The notes beneath the pieces were generated by a model, which was given only the letters and a program-made list of their open reading frames with translations, was not told the origin of the DNA and made no database searches. Of a stretch of 64,000 nt of DNA, positions 36,616 to 48,368 are shown in pieces. The first letter of the stretch is position 1, and each line of letters begins with the position of its first letter. The position numbers and the translations under genes were made by a program. Source of the stretch: Lama glama (Eukaryota); the NCBI GenBank assembly GCA_028534125.1, contig CM052825.1:8680001-8744000 (forward strand). Direction: 5' to 3'.

Positions 36616-37339
36616 GCTGATTTGCATTGACCCCGGGTGTTCTGCCAGAGCCCTTGGCTCCCCCACTCCCTTTTCCAGGTCTCACAGAGCACATCCTCCA
36701 CATTTATGAACCATTTTCTCACATGGCCTTGGCTGACAAGACTTTGTGAAAAACCTGCTTCCAGGAGAGTCCTCTGTTTATACCCCAAGGATACTTAATT
36801 CCACAACCAAAAGGATGACTTTTTATTTTCTGGGCCTCTTGTTTGTCTGCACTGTGACTTCCCCTCCACCTTGTGACTCCCTGACCAGAACAGGTTGTGT
36901 GGCTTCATCTACTCTAATTGCCGGACCCAGGAATGGGATCACCAGGCTTGGCTTTGACCTTCCTGGAAAAGCTCTGGAAGAGCAGGGAGACAGCAAGGTT
37001 GTAGGAACAGTGAAACCTGGAAGATGGGCTATCACAACCTCTCTCTCATCCCTGCCGCTCTCTGTGTTTCAGCTTTATTCTCTCTTCCAGCAGAGAATAA
37101 TCTCTCCAAATTTCCCCATAGGTTGAACTTCTGGGTTTTCACATTTACATCCTCTGTTACCGGAGAGGCACTGGCGCTCCTGTAGGTCCCAGGTTAGGAA
37201 AAATCCCCAGGCAGGTCACCAAGGAGTAGGCCAGTCTCCCTGCAGCCCGAGGCCGCGTGAGGTCACTGGAATGCAAAGCATCCGGTGATGGGTGGGGTGC
37301 ATGAAGGAGGGGGTGCTGGGTGGGAAGGGCTTTTGAGAT

Positions 37340-37550
37340 TGTATCTGTCACTTTGCTGGGGTAATAAACATCCCCAGACTCTCAGGTTATATGAGAGCTG
37401 CTGGTCAGCTGGGGATCTGCTGGGCTCTGCTGGGCTCTGCTGGGCTCTGCTGGGCTGGGCTCTGTAGGACCCGGCTCTCCAAGTCTTCCCACTCCAGGCC
37501 CTGGCTGAAGTAGCAGCCACGGCTGGGGTTGTGCTGAATTCAAGGGGGGT
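37340..37550 (-). mobile_element. MLT1 LTR fragment carrying a (TCTGCTGGGC)x4 expansion at 37416-37455
   Basis: tgtatctgtcactttgctggggtaataaacatccc start; four perfect decamers visible. Confidence 0.65.
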
Positions 37551-37551
37551 G

Positions 37552-37900
37552 AATTAGTGCTGCAGACTAGGGGGCTTAAATAACAGAAATTTACTTTCTC
37601 ACAGTTCTGGAGGCTGTAAGTCTGAGACCAAGGTGTCGGCAGGGTTGATTTCTTCTCCTTGGCTTGTAAATGGTCACCTTCTCCCTGTGTCCTCACATGG
37701 TCCTCCCTCTGTGCATCTGTATCCAGGTTCCTCTTCTTATAAGAGCACCAGTCATATCAGATTAGGGCCTACCCTAATGAACTCATTTTAACGTACTTAG
37801 TTCCTTAAAGACCCTATCTTCAAATACAGTCACAATCTGAGTTGCTCGGGGTTAAGACTTCAACATAAGAACCCCGGGGAGATACAATTCAGGGACACCA
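37552..37900 (-). mobile_element. MLT1A-like MaLR LTR
   Basis: ggcttaaataacagaaatttactttctcacagttctggaggct...gattagggcctaccctaatga. Confidence 0.9.
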
Positions 37901-38769
37901 GCACCTCTTCAAGCTCCGACTTGGCACTTTCTACTGTCAGAGCCAGTCCCATGCCAGGCTCCCAGGCAGAGGGGCCGGAGTGGGTACCCCCTCCAGGGAA
38001 GGAGCCAGAGGTTGGGAGCAGAGCCCCATCGTGGATTCACATTCAGATTTCAAAGGTAGAGTCTTGGAATCTTTGCATATTTTGTCCCCCATTCTTAGAA
38101 AACACTTGTCTTCCAAGTTTCCTCCATCTGCCTCAAATCCCACATTTCCCTGGAAGTTTTCCAAGACGGCTACTGCCCGCAGTCCTCTTGCCCTGGACGT
38201 CCCAGTGGCATGTGGCTTATCATGCCTCTTTCACGTGTGGGTCTCTTCTTTCAGACGGGGCCGTACGCTCCAGGAGGGAGGCTCTCCCTCTCCTTCTCTG
38301 CCCCTCACAGAGCAGCCTGGGTGCACGTGGCCAGCTGTTGGCCCCTGGCACCTGTTTCTTACCAGCGTTTCTCACCCCCCACATCCCCGTCTGTGCCCTG
38401 CTATCTCACAGAGGATGAAGACTCTGCAAACCTGTCCCCAGGCCAAGAGGAGGCAGGATGGGAAATCAGAAGGTGGGAGGAAGGGAGGAGCTGTTGTTCT
38501 TCTCTGTCTGCTTCTAGAAGCATCTCTGGAAGTGGCTGTGTTCCATCAGCGGGGCCAGCTTAGGTCTCTGTGGCCTCAGCCCTGGCCGGTGCTCCCTTTC
38601 CTTCCCAGGCTCCAGGACTGGTCCAGCATCCTCCACCTTGGCGGTCCAGCCTGTCCCCCTGCAACCCCGACCATAGCATAGCGCTCAGTGCTATCCCGGC
38701 TCTGCTGACACCACTGAATGTCAGAGAAAAGAGGAGTATGGGGGCATTTGCAGTGCAGATGATAAAGAA

Positions 38770-38975
38770 GATAATGATAGCTAATCATTATTGACAGCAT
38801 TCTATGTGGCAAGCACTTGGTAAGTCTCAACTAATTGAATCCTCACACCACTCCCTTGAGAAATCTACCACTATCCCCTCCTTGCAGTTGGGGGTACCAA
38901 GGCACAGAGAGGGTCAGTAACTTGCCCAACAGCACACAGCCAGTATGTATTGGAGTCAGGATTGGAACCTAGAGG
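38770..38975 (-). mobile_element. MIR SINE
   Basis: aatcctcacaccac...aaggcacagagagggtcagtaacttgcccaacagcacacagc...ggattggaacc. Confidence 0.8.
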
Positions 38976-40329
38976 AGTGCAGGACATCTTTTCAAGATAG
39001 AAAACCTATGCAGTGGACCCATCTCTGCCTTCACTTACCAGTCTAGCGAGAGGGTCATTGAACACCCACATTTAGAAAATGAGACCTTCTCTCCTGGGAG
39101 CTTTGCACCCAAGCTCAGGACTAACTTTTCCCATAAAAGGAGAAATGGTGATGGTGATACTTCCAGCTCTTCTAGCCCATGGGTGAGGGGTGAAGCAGGG
39201 TTGAGAGAGCATGTGGGCCTGATGTCAGAGGGCTGGTTTAAGTCCTGGTTATCAGCTGTGACTCTGAGCACGTCCCTTCACTTCCTGGAGGTCTGGTTTC
39301 CTCATCTGTAAAGTGGGGAGATTGTGAGATTTTAATGGAACGTGGCATCTTCCGGCCTGATCCTGGCACAGAGGTGGTATTCGATGTAGGCAGGAGCCTC
39401 CCTCCATGAGCAGGACCTGGTGCTGGGGCAGCTAGGGCCTCTGTCCACCCTTGGGAGGGGTACTCCCAGCACTCATCCAAATGGACCCTTGCGCCATCTG
39501 AGAGTTCTGACCTCCGGCCCAAACTTGGGAACAGCCCTGGGGGAGGGGTCTGTGGCCTCCCAGGGCCTCTCATGATCAGACTCTAGCAGTAGCAGGTGGA
39601 TTCTGGGGCGGCCATTTGTGGCCAGGCGGCCGGCTCAGAACATGGAGGGATTTCTGGGAGTCTAGTACATTTAAAAGATTCTCGGGTCCCTGAGCCAGCC
39701 TCAGGCATAGATGCCTTTGGCAAAGCTGTATTCTGCCAGCGTGGAAATTGTGCACGTGGGGCCAGCTGATTAGCCTTCATATCTTCCTATATGCCCCGGG
39801 CCTCTTTTCCTGTCCCTTTGTCTGCCTGCTCAGACTCCTGAAAGCCAGCTTCCTAGAATGAACATCATACCCTTTGCTTCCTTCTCACCCCAGCCCTTTT
39901 AAGAAGAACATAAACTCTGAAATTTAGCCTGGAGTACAGGGCCCTGGCAATAGGACCCCACCTACAGTTCAGCTCCGTTCCTCTCTCCTCCCCATACTGA
40001 TTATTGAGGATAATGCTGAAATAGACGTGGGGGTACAGCTACATCCTGAGATCCTGATTTCAATTTTGGGGGGAATAAGTTCCCAGAAGTGGGATCTCTG
40101 GATCGTATGGTAGTTCTGTTTTAGATTCTCTGAGAAACCTCCATAATGTTTCCCATGAGGGTTGCTCCTCCTCTTCCCTCCCCTTCTCCTCCTTCTTCTG
40201 TTCCTCGTTAACCATTATGGTCAACCGGAAGCACTTTCAGGATGGATGGTATTTCTCGAACACCAGGATCTCTTCTGTGGCATCCCTCCTGTGCTCCTGG
40301 CCGCGGTAGACATCCAGTATGCCCCAATT

Positions 40330-40810
40330 TCTGTTTGGGGATGCATGTGATTTTGAGGAAACTGACTTCACTCCAGATCCACGGGCTAGTGCATGACCCG
40401 AGCTAAGCCAAACCATGCATTCCATTGTTCACTGTGATGAACTCTGGGTGTCTTGACATAGGACCTAAGCTGGAAAAATCAGAATGAATCTTAGGACTCC
40501 ATCTGGGAATGTTGAGACAAAGATACTCTCTCGCTTTGCATGGTGTAGTGTACAAATGTGAGGTCCGGAACCGTTGCAGCCAGTTTGCAACTATGAGGGA
40601 AGTCAGTCTGAAGACAAAAAGCCAGCACTCAGAGAAACACAGAATCAAGAGAGTCATAGAGAAAGGCACTAGAGCCCCGATTAGCTGTTTTTGAAACCCA
40701 TCCTATCTTTGGAAACTTTAGATATTGAATCAGTCAAGTCTCCTTATTGTTTAAGGCCATCATGTGAGCCAGGTTTTCTATTCCTGGCAAACAGCAACAT
40801 CTGAACTGAT
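40330..40810 (+). mobile_element. Old MaLR LTR (MLT1J/K-like)
   Basis: gcatgacccgagctaagccaa...ttattgtttaaggcc...ggttttctattcctggcaa. Confidence 0.65.
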
Positions 40811-41255
40811 CTGCTCTTCAAGCAACAGGAATTGCTTCTATGAGAACAAAACAGCAGACCCTTCAGATTTGTTTCACTTTTTGCAGAGTGTAAGTATTTA
40901 CAAAATCTACTGAGTAAGGAGTGACATTTAGTCCCTTGATGGTATGTGGTGCCATCCCACAAGTGATGCCCACGCCCCGACTTTGAAAATGGCTTATTTT
41001 TGAAACATCAGGTTTTATAAGAAATTAGTACCTATGGAATCAAAGTCCTGCAAATTGATGCACTTGAAAAAGTTCCACCCATCACGAGAACATCCTTTTC
41101 ACAGCCTACCTACCAGGCATGAGAGACTTGAGGAGATAGGGTCAGAGGAGATGGTGGTGGCAGGGTGGCAGAATGGGAATCTAGATTAAGAATCAGATTT
41201 GCATGGACTCATAGCTCCTTCCCCACACTTAACACAGTGCCTGGCTCCCAGTAAA

Positions 41256-41652
41256 TGCATGAGTTTGCTACGGCTGCCATAATAAAACAACACAGACTGG
41301 GTGGCTTAAATGACAGAAATTAATTCCCCCCCAGTTCTGGAGGCTGGAAGTCTGAGCTCAAGGCATTGGCAGGGCTGCTCTTGTTGGCTTGCAGACGCCC
41401 ACCTTCTCACTGTGCCCTCATGGACTGTGTCTCTTCTCTCTGTGCGTGCATCCCTGGTGTCCCTGTGTAGGTCCAAATTTCCTCTTCTCATAAGGACAGC
41501 AATCAGACTAGATTAGGGGCCACCCAAGATCCACATTTTAACTTAACCACTCTTTAAAGACCCTATCTCCGAATGCAGTCACATTCTGAGTTACTGGAGG
41601 GTGAGAACTTCAACATACAGCTTTGGTGGTGGACACATTTCAGCCCCTAGCA
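41256..41652 (-). mobile_element. MLT1A/B solo LTR nested in an L2 3' tail
   Basis: TG...CA ends; flanks join into an L2 tail (acacagtgcctggctcccagta...gggctcaataagt..gaatgaatgaatga); TSD gtaaa/gtagg. Confidence 0.9.
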
Positions 41653-43589
41653 GTAGGGCTCAATAAGTAAGTAATGAATGAATGAATGAGTAAGTCAGAG
41701 GCAGATTTAGATGTTCATTTTTGTGTGCCAAGGGACCAAGGGAAGGGGGTGTGGGCATCTCCGTTGCAAACAGGAAGGAAAGGCCGGGAGGATGGCTCGA
41801 GATAATTCTCTGTGTGACACTCGTTGCTCGTTGGAGCTCTTCCCTGCCGTCTCCTTCTGTTGTATGTGACATCCTGACTGGGAACACACGAAACAGCAGC
41901 TGATGCTGTCAGTGGGATAGCTGCCTCTCTGCCACGCTCACGGCGGTACCCGCCAGCGCTGATGACATGCCAGCCTTGGCGGTGACATTGATCCTGCTCC
42001 TGCAAGAGCAGGGGCGGGAGCACAGAGCATGGAGATGGCTTCCCTTTCATGAGCAGTGACAGGGCGGAGGCATTTCATACCAGACTAATTCTAGTTTAAT
42101 CTTTAAGAGCCAGAGAGGAAAAGCAAAATTCTGTAAGAAGCTTTTATGGGGAGCCACAAAGTCATTAACAGGTCCGATGTCAGCAATTATTTATTTTCTT
42201 TCTCAGTTCCCTTTCTTAAAAGAAATGGGAAAGGGTTTATTTCTCTCCATGAGAACGATGTTTCCACTGAGATAAGAAATTGAAACAGCAGGCTGACCCT
42301 GGTGGGGTCAGCCAGAAAAGACACTTCGTATCAGTTCAATAACTCCAGCCAAAGTGCCTCCCTTTCTTTTGGACTGAGAAATGGGTCTCATTTTTGTTGC
42401 TCTGAATCCTTTATACAGCGTAAGAAGTAATTTGCAAGCATGAGGGAATGAGGCACTTTCCAACAAACCTGGCTGACGATCTAGATGGAGGACCACTCGG
42501 AAAGAGGGAAATCACTTCACTCCTCCCCAAGTGTTCCCCAGGAAGAAAAGCCCTGAAGACAGAGAAGGCCTGGATCTGAAAGGAAATGTACTTGAATTTC
42601 TGTGCACTAGGCTTGGACTGTAAAAACACTGGTTGATTCTTTCATGCACTGTAAGCTGGGGAAGAATTTCGGATGGTGATGATGGTGGTAGTGGGTTTAG
42701 GGGTCTGGACCTCCTAGGGGGCCTGGCGATTGGAGCCAATGGATTTTGCAGGAGGAAGTGCCAGAGGTAGAGTGGGACCCAGCTGAAGGGCAGTGGAGAC
42801 CCAAGAGAGGCCAAACAGGAAATTACTTGTTGGGTAGATAGACCTTGAGGAGGCAAGTCAGACTCTGGAGGTGCTGGTTGGAGGAAGGCATGGGCAGGCC
42901 TGCCAAATAGGGTTGTGTGGTTTGTACACTGAACAAAGGCATCAGGCAGAGGGGTGCGTGAATTCCAGTATGCATTTTCCTGGCCAAGTCATGCACCATG
43001 ACATAGGCCTGCTTCTATGCAGAGGAAAGGGTAGCTTTTTCGTTGAATAAAGATTCCTTCTACCAGCAGGCTACGTGCAGACAGTGCAGGATCTACCAAG
43101 GAGTGCACTGATCTAACCTGCACAAGGATGTTGTGTAGGTTGGTAGGGTCCTGGCATGTGGGCCAAAGTACCTGAACACTGGGAGACAAAGGTGGAGACA
43201 GCCCACATCCCAGGACCCAGAAGATGCTCTGCTCCCCTGGGACAGCCTTGGCATTTCTTTTCTGTGGCAGTATCATGACTGTCTTGAAAGACCGTTAAAC
43301 TAGTTTGGGGTCTCTGGCTTTCTGGTATGTCATGCTGCACTTCAGGAATGAAATACTGGTAATTAAAAAATTAAGAAAAATTTAATTGAGGGAAAACCAT
43401 AAAATTTGCCATCTTAATGCTTCCGCCTTGTGACTGTGTTTGGGCACAGCTTTGATGGCAAAAATAGATCCTTCTCCATGAAAGATTTTTGAAACAAGTG
43501 GCCCAGTGGCTCATCCATGGGTTGGAGGTGGCTGTTAGGGGTTCTGTGAAGAGTCATAAAAAGAGGAACAGAACCCCAAAAGTAGGAAG

Positions 43590-43909
43590 TGTGAAAAATG
43601 AATTAACAGAAACCTTGATTAAACAGAGTCAGGAGACCAGAAGGGGGAGCTCTTATACCCTATGAAGATAGAGCCTGACAGGAAAAAAGCCTCCTGCCTG
43701 GCAAGACAAGTCACAACTCAGCCAATGAAAAGCCGTGGACACTTGGCTTGCTCTAGCTCTCCTGACTTCCTTTCCCCATTTCCCCTGCATTTTTGCTAGG
43801 AACTTGCACGTGGCTCACCAGAATTGCAATTCTTTGTTGATCCCAAATAAAGACCCCACCTCCTTTTTTCTGGAGAATTAAATAAGCAGCCCATTTGTTT
43901 AAGGTCGCA
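43590..43909 (+). mobile_element. 5' LTR of a class I ERV
   Basis: TG start, CA end, CCAAT 43722, AATAAA 43846, followed 3 nt later by a PBS. Confidence 0.85.
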
Positions 43910-43912
43910 TTT

Positions 43913-43930
43913 TGGTGGCCCATACAGGGG
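43913..43930 (+). other. Retroviral primer-binding site, tRNA-Ile type
   Basis: TGGTGGCCCATACAGGGG versus complement of tRNA-Ile(AAU) 3' end TGGTGGCCCGTACGGGGA (recalled): 15/18, two mismatches are CpG>CpA decay. Confidence 0.82.
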
Positions 43931-44105
43931 TCCAGACAAGACCCCTGAGCACTCAGGCTGGGGAGCCAAGAGGTCAGTACCCACTGTTGTCACTCTCTGC
44001 TTTCCTCACTGACCCTGGAGTCTGAGGGTCAGTTTTTCTCTTGGACCCAAGCTTCTGCCTTCTCTGCACGTTGAAGCTCTCCAGGTTTTATTTGGGATCT
44101 ATTCT

Positions 44106-44477
44106 TAAAAAGCATCTTTTCTTTTTCATATGCTTTATCATTATAGGTTATGACAAGATATTCCCTGTGCTATACATCAGGGTCTTGTTGTTTATCTACT
44201 TTGTATATAGTAGTTTGTATCTGCTAATCCCAAACTCCTAATTTATCCCCCCACTTCCCCTTTGGTAATCGTAAGTTTGTTTTCCATGTCTGTGAATCTC
44301 CCTCTGTTTTGCAGGTCAGTTCATTTGAATCATTTCTTTCAGGTTCCTCATACAGGTGATATCACATTATACCGGTCTTTCTCTTTCCGACTCACTTCAC
44401 CCAGGGTGATGATCACCAGGTCCATCCATGTTGCTGCAAATGGCATTACTTCATTCTTTTTTGTGGCTGAGTAGCAT
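44106..44477 (-). mobile_element. LINE-1 3' end inserted in the ERV leader
   Basis: ttccctgtgctatac...ggtccatccatgttgctgcaaatggcatt; TSD tttgggatctattct (44091-44105) / tttgggatctatttt (44478-44492) followed by AA. Confidence 0.92.
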
Positions 44478-44767
44478 TTTGGGATCTATTTTAAGTTTTC
44501 ATCCTTTCTGGGTAAGGCCTCATTCTGAATGCAGGTTTTTGCCTGATTTTGAAATCAGACTGTCCCAGCTGGATCTGGCTGGCCCTTTACCCATTCCTTC
44601 GGGAATGGGGGCTGTCTCATTGGAACCGTGTTGAGCAGCTTTCAGCCTGATTCTTCGGGGGCCAGACTGTTCCCTTAGACTTGGCTGGTATTAGGCCTTC
44701 AGGCTATTTGAGCTGTTTAGGCTGTTTGAAAAATTATTCTTTTACTCTGGACAAAAACCTCTGAGAA

Positions 44768-45481
44768 ATGGATTCCAGTTACCTAAATATTTTGAGGGTG
44801 CCCCCACTACAGGAACCCTCGCTGATTTTATGTTTGAAAACCACAGTTCTTCCTCAAGTGCATTTCCAACTAAATGGACTGACCCAACCGAAGGCAATTT
44901 AGAACATCAGTGACAATTGTGGGGAACTGTAAAAAACCCTAAACTCACTTTTCTTAAAACTGAATTGGACAACCACAGCTCTAAAATTTCCCTATTTTAT
45001 TGGTGTTTTGAAGCTTCCAAATGTTAACAGGGGCCTGAAATTGCCTCTCTGCAAAATGAGATTTTAAGATTAATAGTGGCCAAAAAATGGTTAAAGAAGG
45101 AAAAAAAGGCCCCTGCAGCCTCAGGCTCTCCTTCCTCGGCTCCTTTGTCGCAGGCTCTGCCTCTAGTGCCATCTTATCTTCCTCCCTCAGCCCCTCGAGG
45201 TCAGGTCCCCCCTCCAGCGCCATCTTCCTCCTTCCCTTTGACGCCACCTACATCTCCTCTACAGCCCCCCGGTCCTCCATACTAATTCTCTTGCCAAATT
45301 TCCCTTTTTCTCTGAAACTCTCCCCACTCCCTTTTCCTCTGAACGTATCAGAACCTGTCCCTTTAAAATAAAGCCTTCTGAAGATCTAGAGGTTGAGCCC
45401 TTAATTTCTTATAGACCCTGGACTAACGCTGAACTGTGAGTCACAATCAAAGATTTTCCCAAAGTAACTGAAGATCCTCAC
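44768..45481 (+). pseudogene. gag: Decayed ERV1 gag (matrix, Pro-rich late-domain region, capsid N-terminus)
   Basis: Frameshifted translation GTLADFMFEN..KWTDPTEGNLEHQ*QLWGT..PKLTFLK (matrix-like), PSAP at 45184-45195, and PLISYRPWTNAEL*VTIKDFPKVTEDPH (capsid start); stops and frameshifts present. Confidence 0.75.
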
Positions 45482-45805
45482 ATGGAAACCCTGTTGTTCC
45501 TAACCCTCATAATGTTGCTAATTTCCATTCCCACCAGCGGTAAATTCTTGACTGTAATTGATTTATGCAGTGTATTCGTTAGTATTCTGGTTGATGAAAC
45601 CAGCCAATGCCTTTTTGCTTTCACTTGGGAAGAAAAACAACTCACCTGGACAGTAATGCCTCAGGGTTTTACTGAGACTCCTTCTTATTTCTCACAAATC
45701 CTGAGCACTGATCTGGATGATAGAAAGTTCCCTAGAGGTTCTGCTTTGATGCGATATGTGGATGATTTGCTTCTTCGCTCTCCTTTTGAACGCGTCTTTC
45801 CTTAG
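45482..45805 (+). pseudogene. pol: ERV1 reverse transcriptase core fragment
   Basis: TVIDLCSVF..I.V...SQCLFAFTW...LTWTVMPQGFTETP.YF and YVDDLLL (45755-45766); PVVPNPH lies just upstream in a shifted frame. Confidence 0.95.
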
Positions 45806-46439
45806 TAAGTCTGGATTTATTTTTATTTGACAGTCCTAACTCGTCTGTAGGCTCCTGTTAGGGGGAAGGGGATGGAGGGGGCGTTTTGGTCCTTCTACTG
45901 ATTCCCATGGTGCACGTAGACATGTACGAGCTGTTGGGGAGGTCTTGAGCCCTGCCTTTGAACTCAGTCACAGGTGCACACCATCCTGACCTGGCTGCCC
46001 TCCGAGACTAAGCTGGTGGGACTTGGTTTACAACTGGGCAGGAACTCACTGTCTAGTGCGAGAATCAGTCAATGACACTGATAACCATCTAATGGAAGAG
46101 GAAGCAGGGGTCCACGTGATTCAGGCTCTATGCAGAATCCAGCCCCTTCCGCGGTAATGAAAAGGAATTCCCATATAAGTGTCTCAGAGAACACCAGTGA
46201 GGCCCCAGTTTATAGAATCTTTAGCCACACTTTTTGAACTGCCATTCCTGCCCCTGTTTCCGTTTTTCAGTTCCAGAACCATCCCCTGCCAGATCCAAGC
46301 TGTCTCCTTTTAGTCCTGGTGTTTGTGTCCCTGCCCCCACCCCAAGTCCCTCTTCCTTCTCATGGGTTTTAATTTTATAGATCAATTTAGCTTCTTTTCA
46401 TTTGGCATTACCCAGTGTCCTGGAACCAGCTGACAAGAG

Positions 46440-46460
46440 GCTTCTTTCTTTCTCTCTTTC

Positions 46461-46503
<43 letters not shown>

Positions 46504-46528
46504 CTTTCCTCTCTCTCTCTCTCTCTCA
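46440..46528. repeat. (CT/CTTT)n pyrimidine microsatellite
   Basis: Directly visible. Confidence 0.95.
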
Positions 46529-47243
46529 GGAGGAGGGAGAGGCAGTGAAATGGGGAGGTGGAAGAAATCTCACCTGCTAATAAATCTTGCTCCTGTCACA
46601 TTGTAATCCGGGGCAAGGCATGAAAAGGGCGGTGCGGGAAGTCCAAACACAATGCTTTGGCTGTCTGAGGGCAAGCAGGGTCATCAGGCTTTCTCACGGG
46701 CGCTCCCTCTCTGCTAATCCATCAGCCGGGATGCAGGCTGAATGCTGAGGCTCAGAAGCACGCACGCTGCGCCCGGGGTCAGCCTCCAGATGCTCTGCCA
46801 GATGACTTTGATCCGTGAACAAATTTGTTACAAGCCAGCTCAACCCCTAGTGACTAGTGGGTGAATTAGAGCTTGGAGAGTCATGAACCTAACGACTGTG
46901 AAGGGACACAGAGGTTTCTTCCTGCCACCCCAGCCAAGAGCGCCTCTAGGGCCTCTTAGCTGCCTGGGTGTGTGGGGTTAATGAGGGTTCCCTGGCTGCA
47001 GCAGGTTGGCTGGGATGGGGTGAGCTTATTAAAAACCCCTCATGTTTATATTATTGTATGTCAACTCTACCTCAATTAAAAAAAAATAAAAGCCAGACGC
47101 GAAAGATTGAAAAAACAAAAAGGAAAACAACTCTTCGTGTTGGTGTTCTGGCTCCATGGCCAGCTGGTGGCTCTTTCCTGGGATGCGGGTCATGGTGGCA
47201 GCTGGCAGTCATTTTGCTTGATTATCAGAAGGCCCTGGATGTA

Positions 47244-47244
<1 letters not shown>

Positions 47245-47284
<40 letters not shown>

Positions 47285-47316
47285 ACACACACTCTCACAC
47301 ACACACACACACACAC
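47245..47316. repeat. (CA)n microsatellite, interrupted
   Basis: Directly visible. Confidence 0.97.
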
Positions 47317-47439
47317 GAAGGCATTTGTTGATTCAAAAAAAGACTTAGAGGGCACCTGTTCTGTACAGGGTGCTGGGATACAGGGATGAATGATGTCTGG
47401 ACCTGGGACTTGAAAATTTCATATTCTTTAGGGATCTCA

Positions 47440-47755
47440 GCATAAGTGCAGTGAACCACCTGTGCTCGTTGCTCATGTTGCTGTGAGTCGCTGTTCTGGG
47501 CTGTGAATACACCACTCCTCAGGTACCCAGTCTCCTGCGGATGGACATTGGCTGTTGCCCATTTTTGGTTATGATGAATCCAGCTGGTGCATCGCTTTTT
47601 GTGAGACATGTGCAGTCATTTTTTTCTGGGCCTACACCTAGGAGTGGGAGTGCTTGGTCACAGGGTAGGAGTATTTTTAGCTGTGGTAGATAATGTCCAA
47701 CAGTTTTATAAAGTGGCTGAACCAGTTTTCACTCCCACCAGCAGTGTGTGAGATG
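47440..47755 (-). mobile_element. Old LINE-1 fragment
   Basis: gatggacattggctgttgccc...tacacctaggagtgggagtgcttggtcacagggtagg...cactcccaccagcagtgtgtgag. Confidence 0.85.
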
Positions 47756-48368
47756 GGATGCACGTTTATTGATGCTGAGGGTGTGCTGGGGACTGGGCTG
47801 GGGGCTCTGTGATTTTTGCAGGTTTCTTTCCTCCCATTTTACGCATCAGGGGACAGAGGCTGAACTGGGTGAAGGGACCTGGCCTGTCTGATGTCCCACA
47901 GCAAGCAAACTCCAAGGAGGAAATCCTTAACCTTAGGGTCTGTGCTCTGTGGACCTTCCTATACCACTGGACCATTGGTATCCGTGACCTTCGCCATCCC
48001 TCGCTGGTAAGCCTGTGCAGCGGGGCAATGGGGGCTGAGATTCACTACTTGCAGTCTTAGAAGCCCGAGGAGTGAGATACATGCTGATGACCCCACCAGC
48101 ACACAGCGACATCCCCCATACACGGCCCTCCAAAGCCATCTCAGCCTTCACAGCTCCTGATCATAACTGAAGTGAATCCAAACCTCCCCTCTGGATTGTG
48201 ACCTGTGGCATATTCTGTTATGGCTGCTCAGTTTCAAACCTGATACCCACTCTTTCTTATTTTTCATTTAAAATATTTTTTAAAAAATTGATATAAAGTT
48301 GACATATAACACTGTATAGATTTAGGCGTACAACGTAATGAATATATATATGTATATATTTTCACTTT

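Noticed and set aside
37416-37465. Ig switch-like (TCTGCTGGGC)n repeat
   Set aside because: Only about 50 bp, and it is a slippage expansion of a motif native to the host MLT1 LTR
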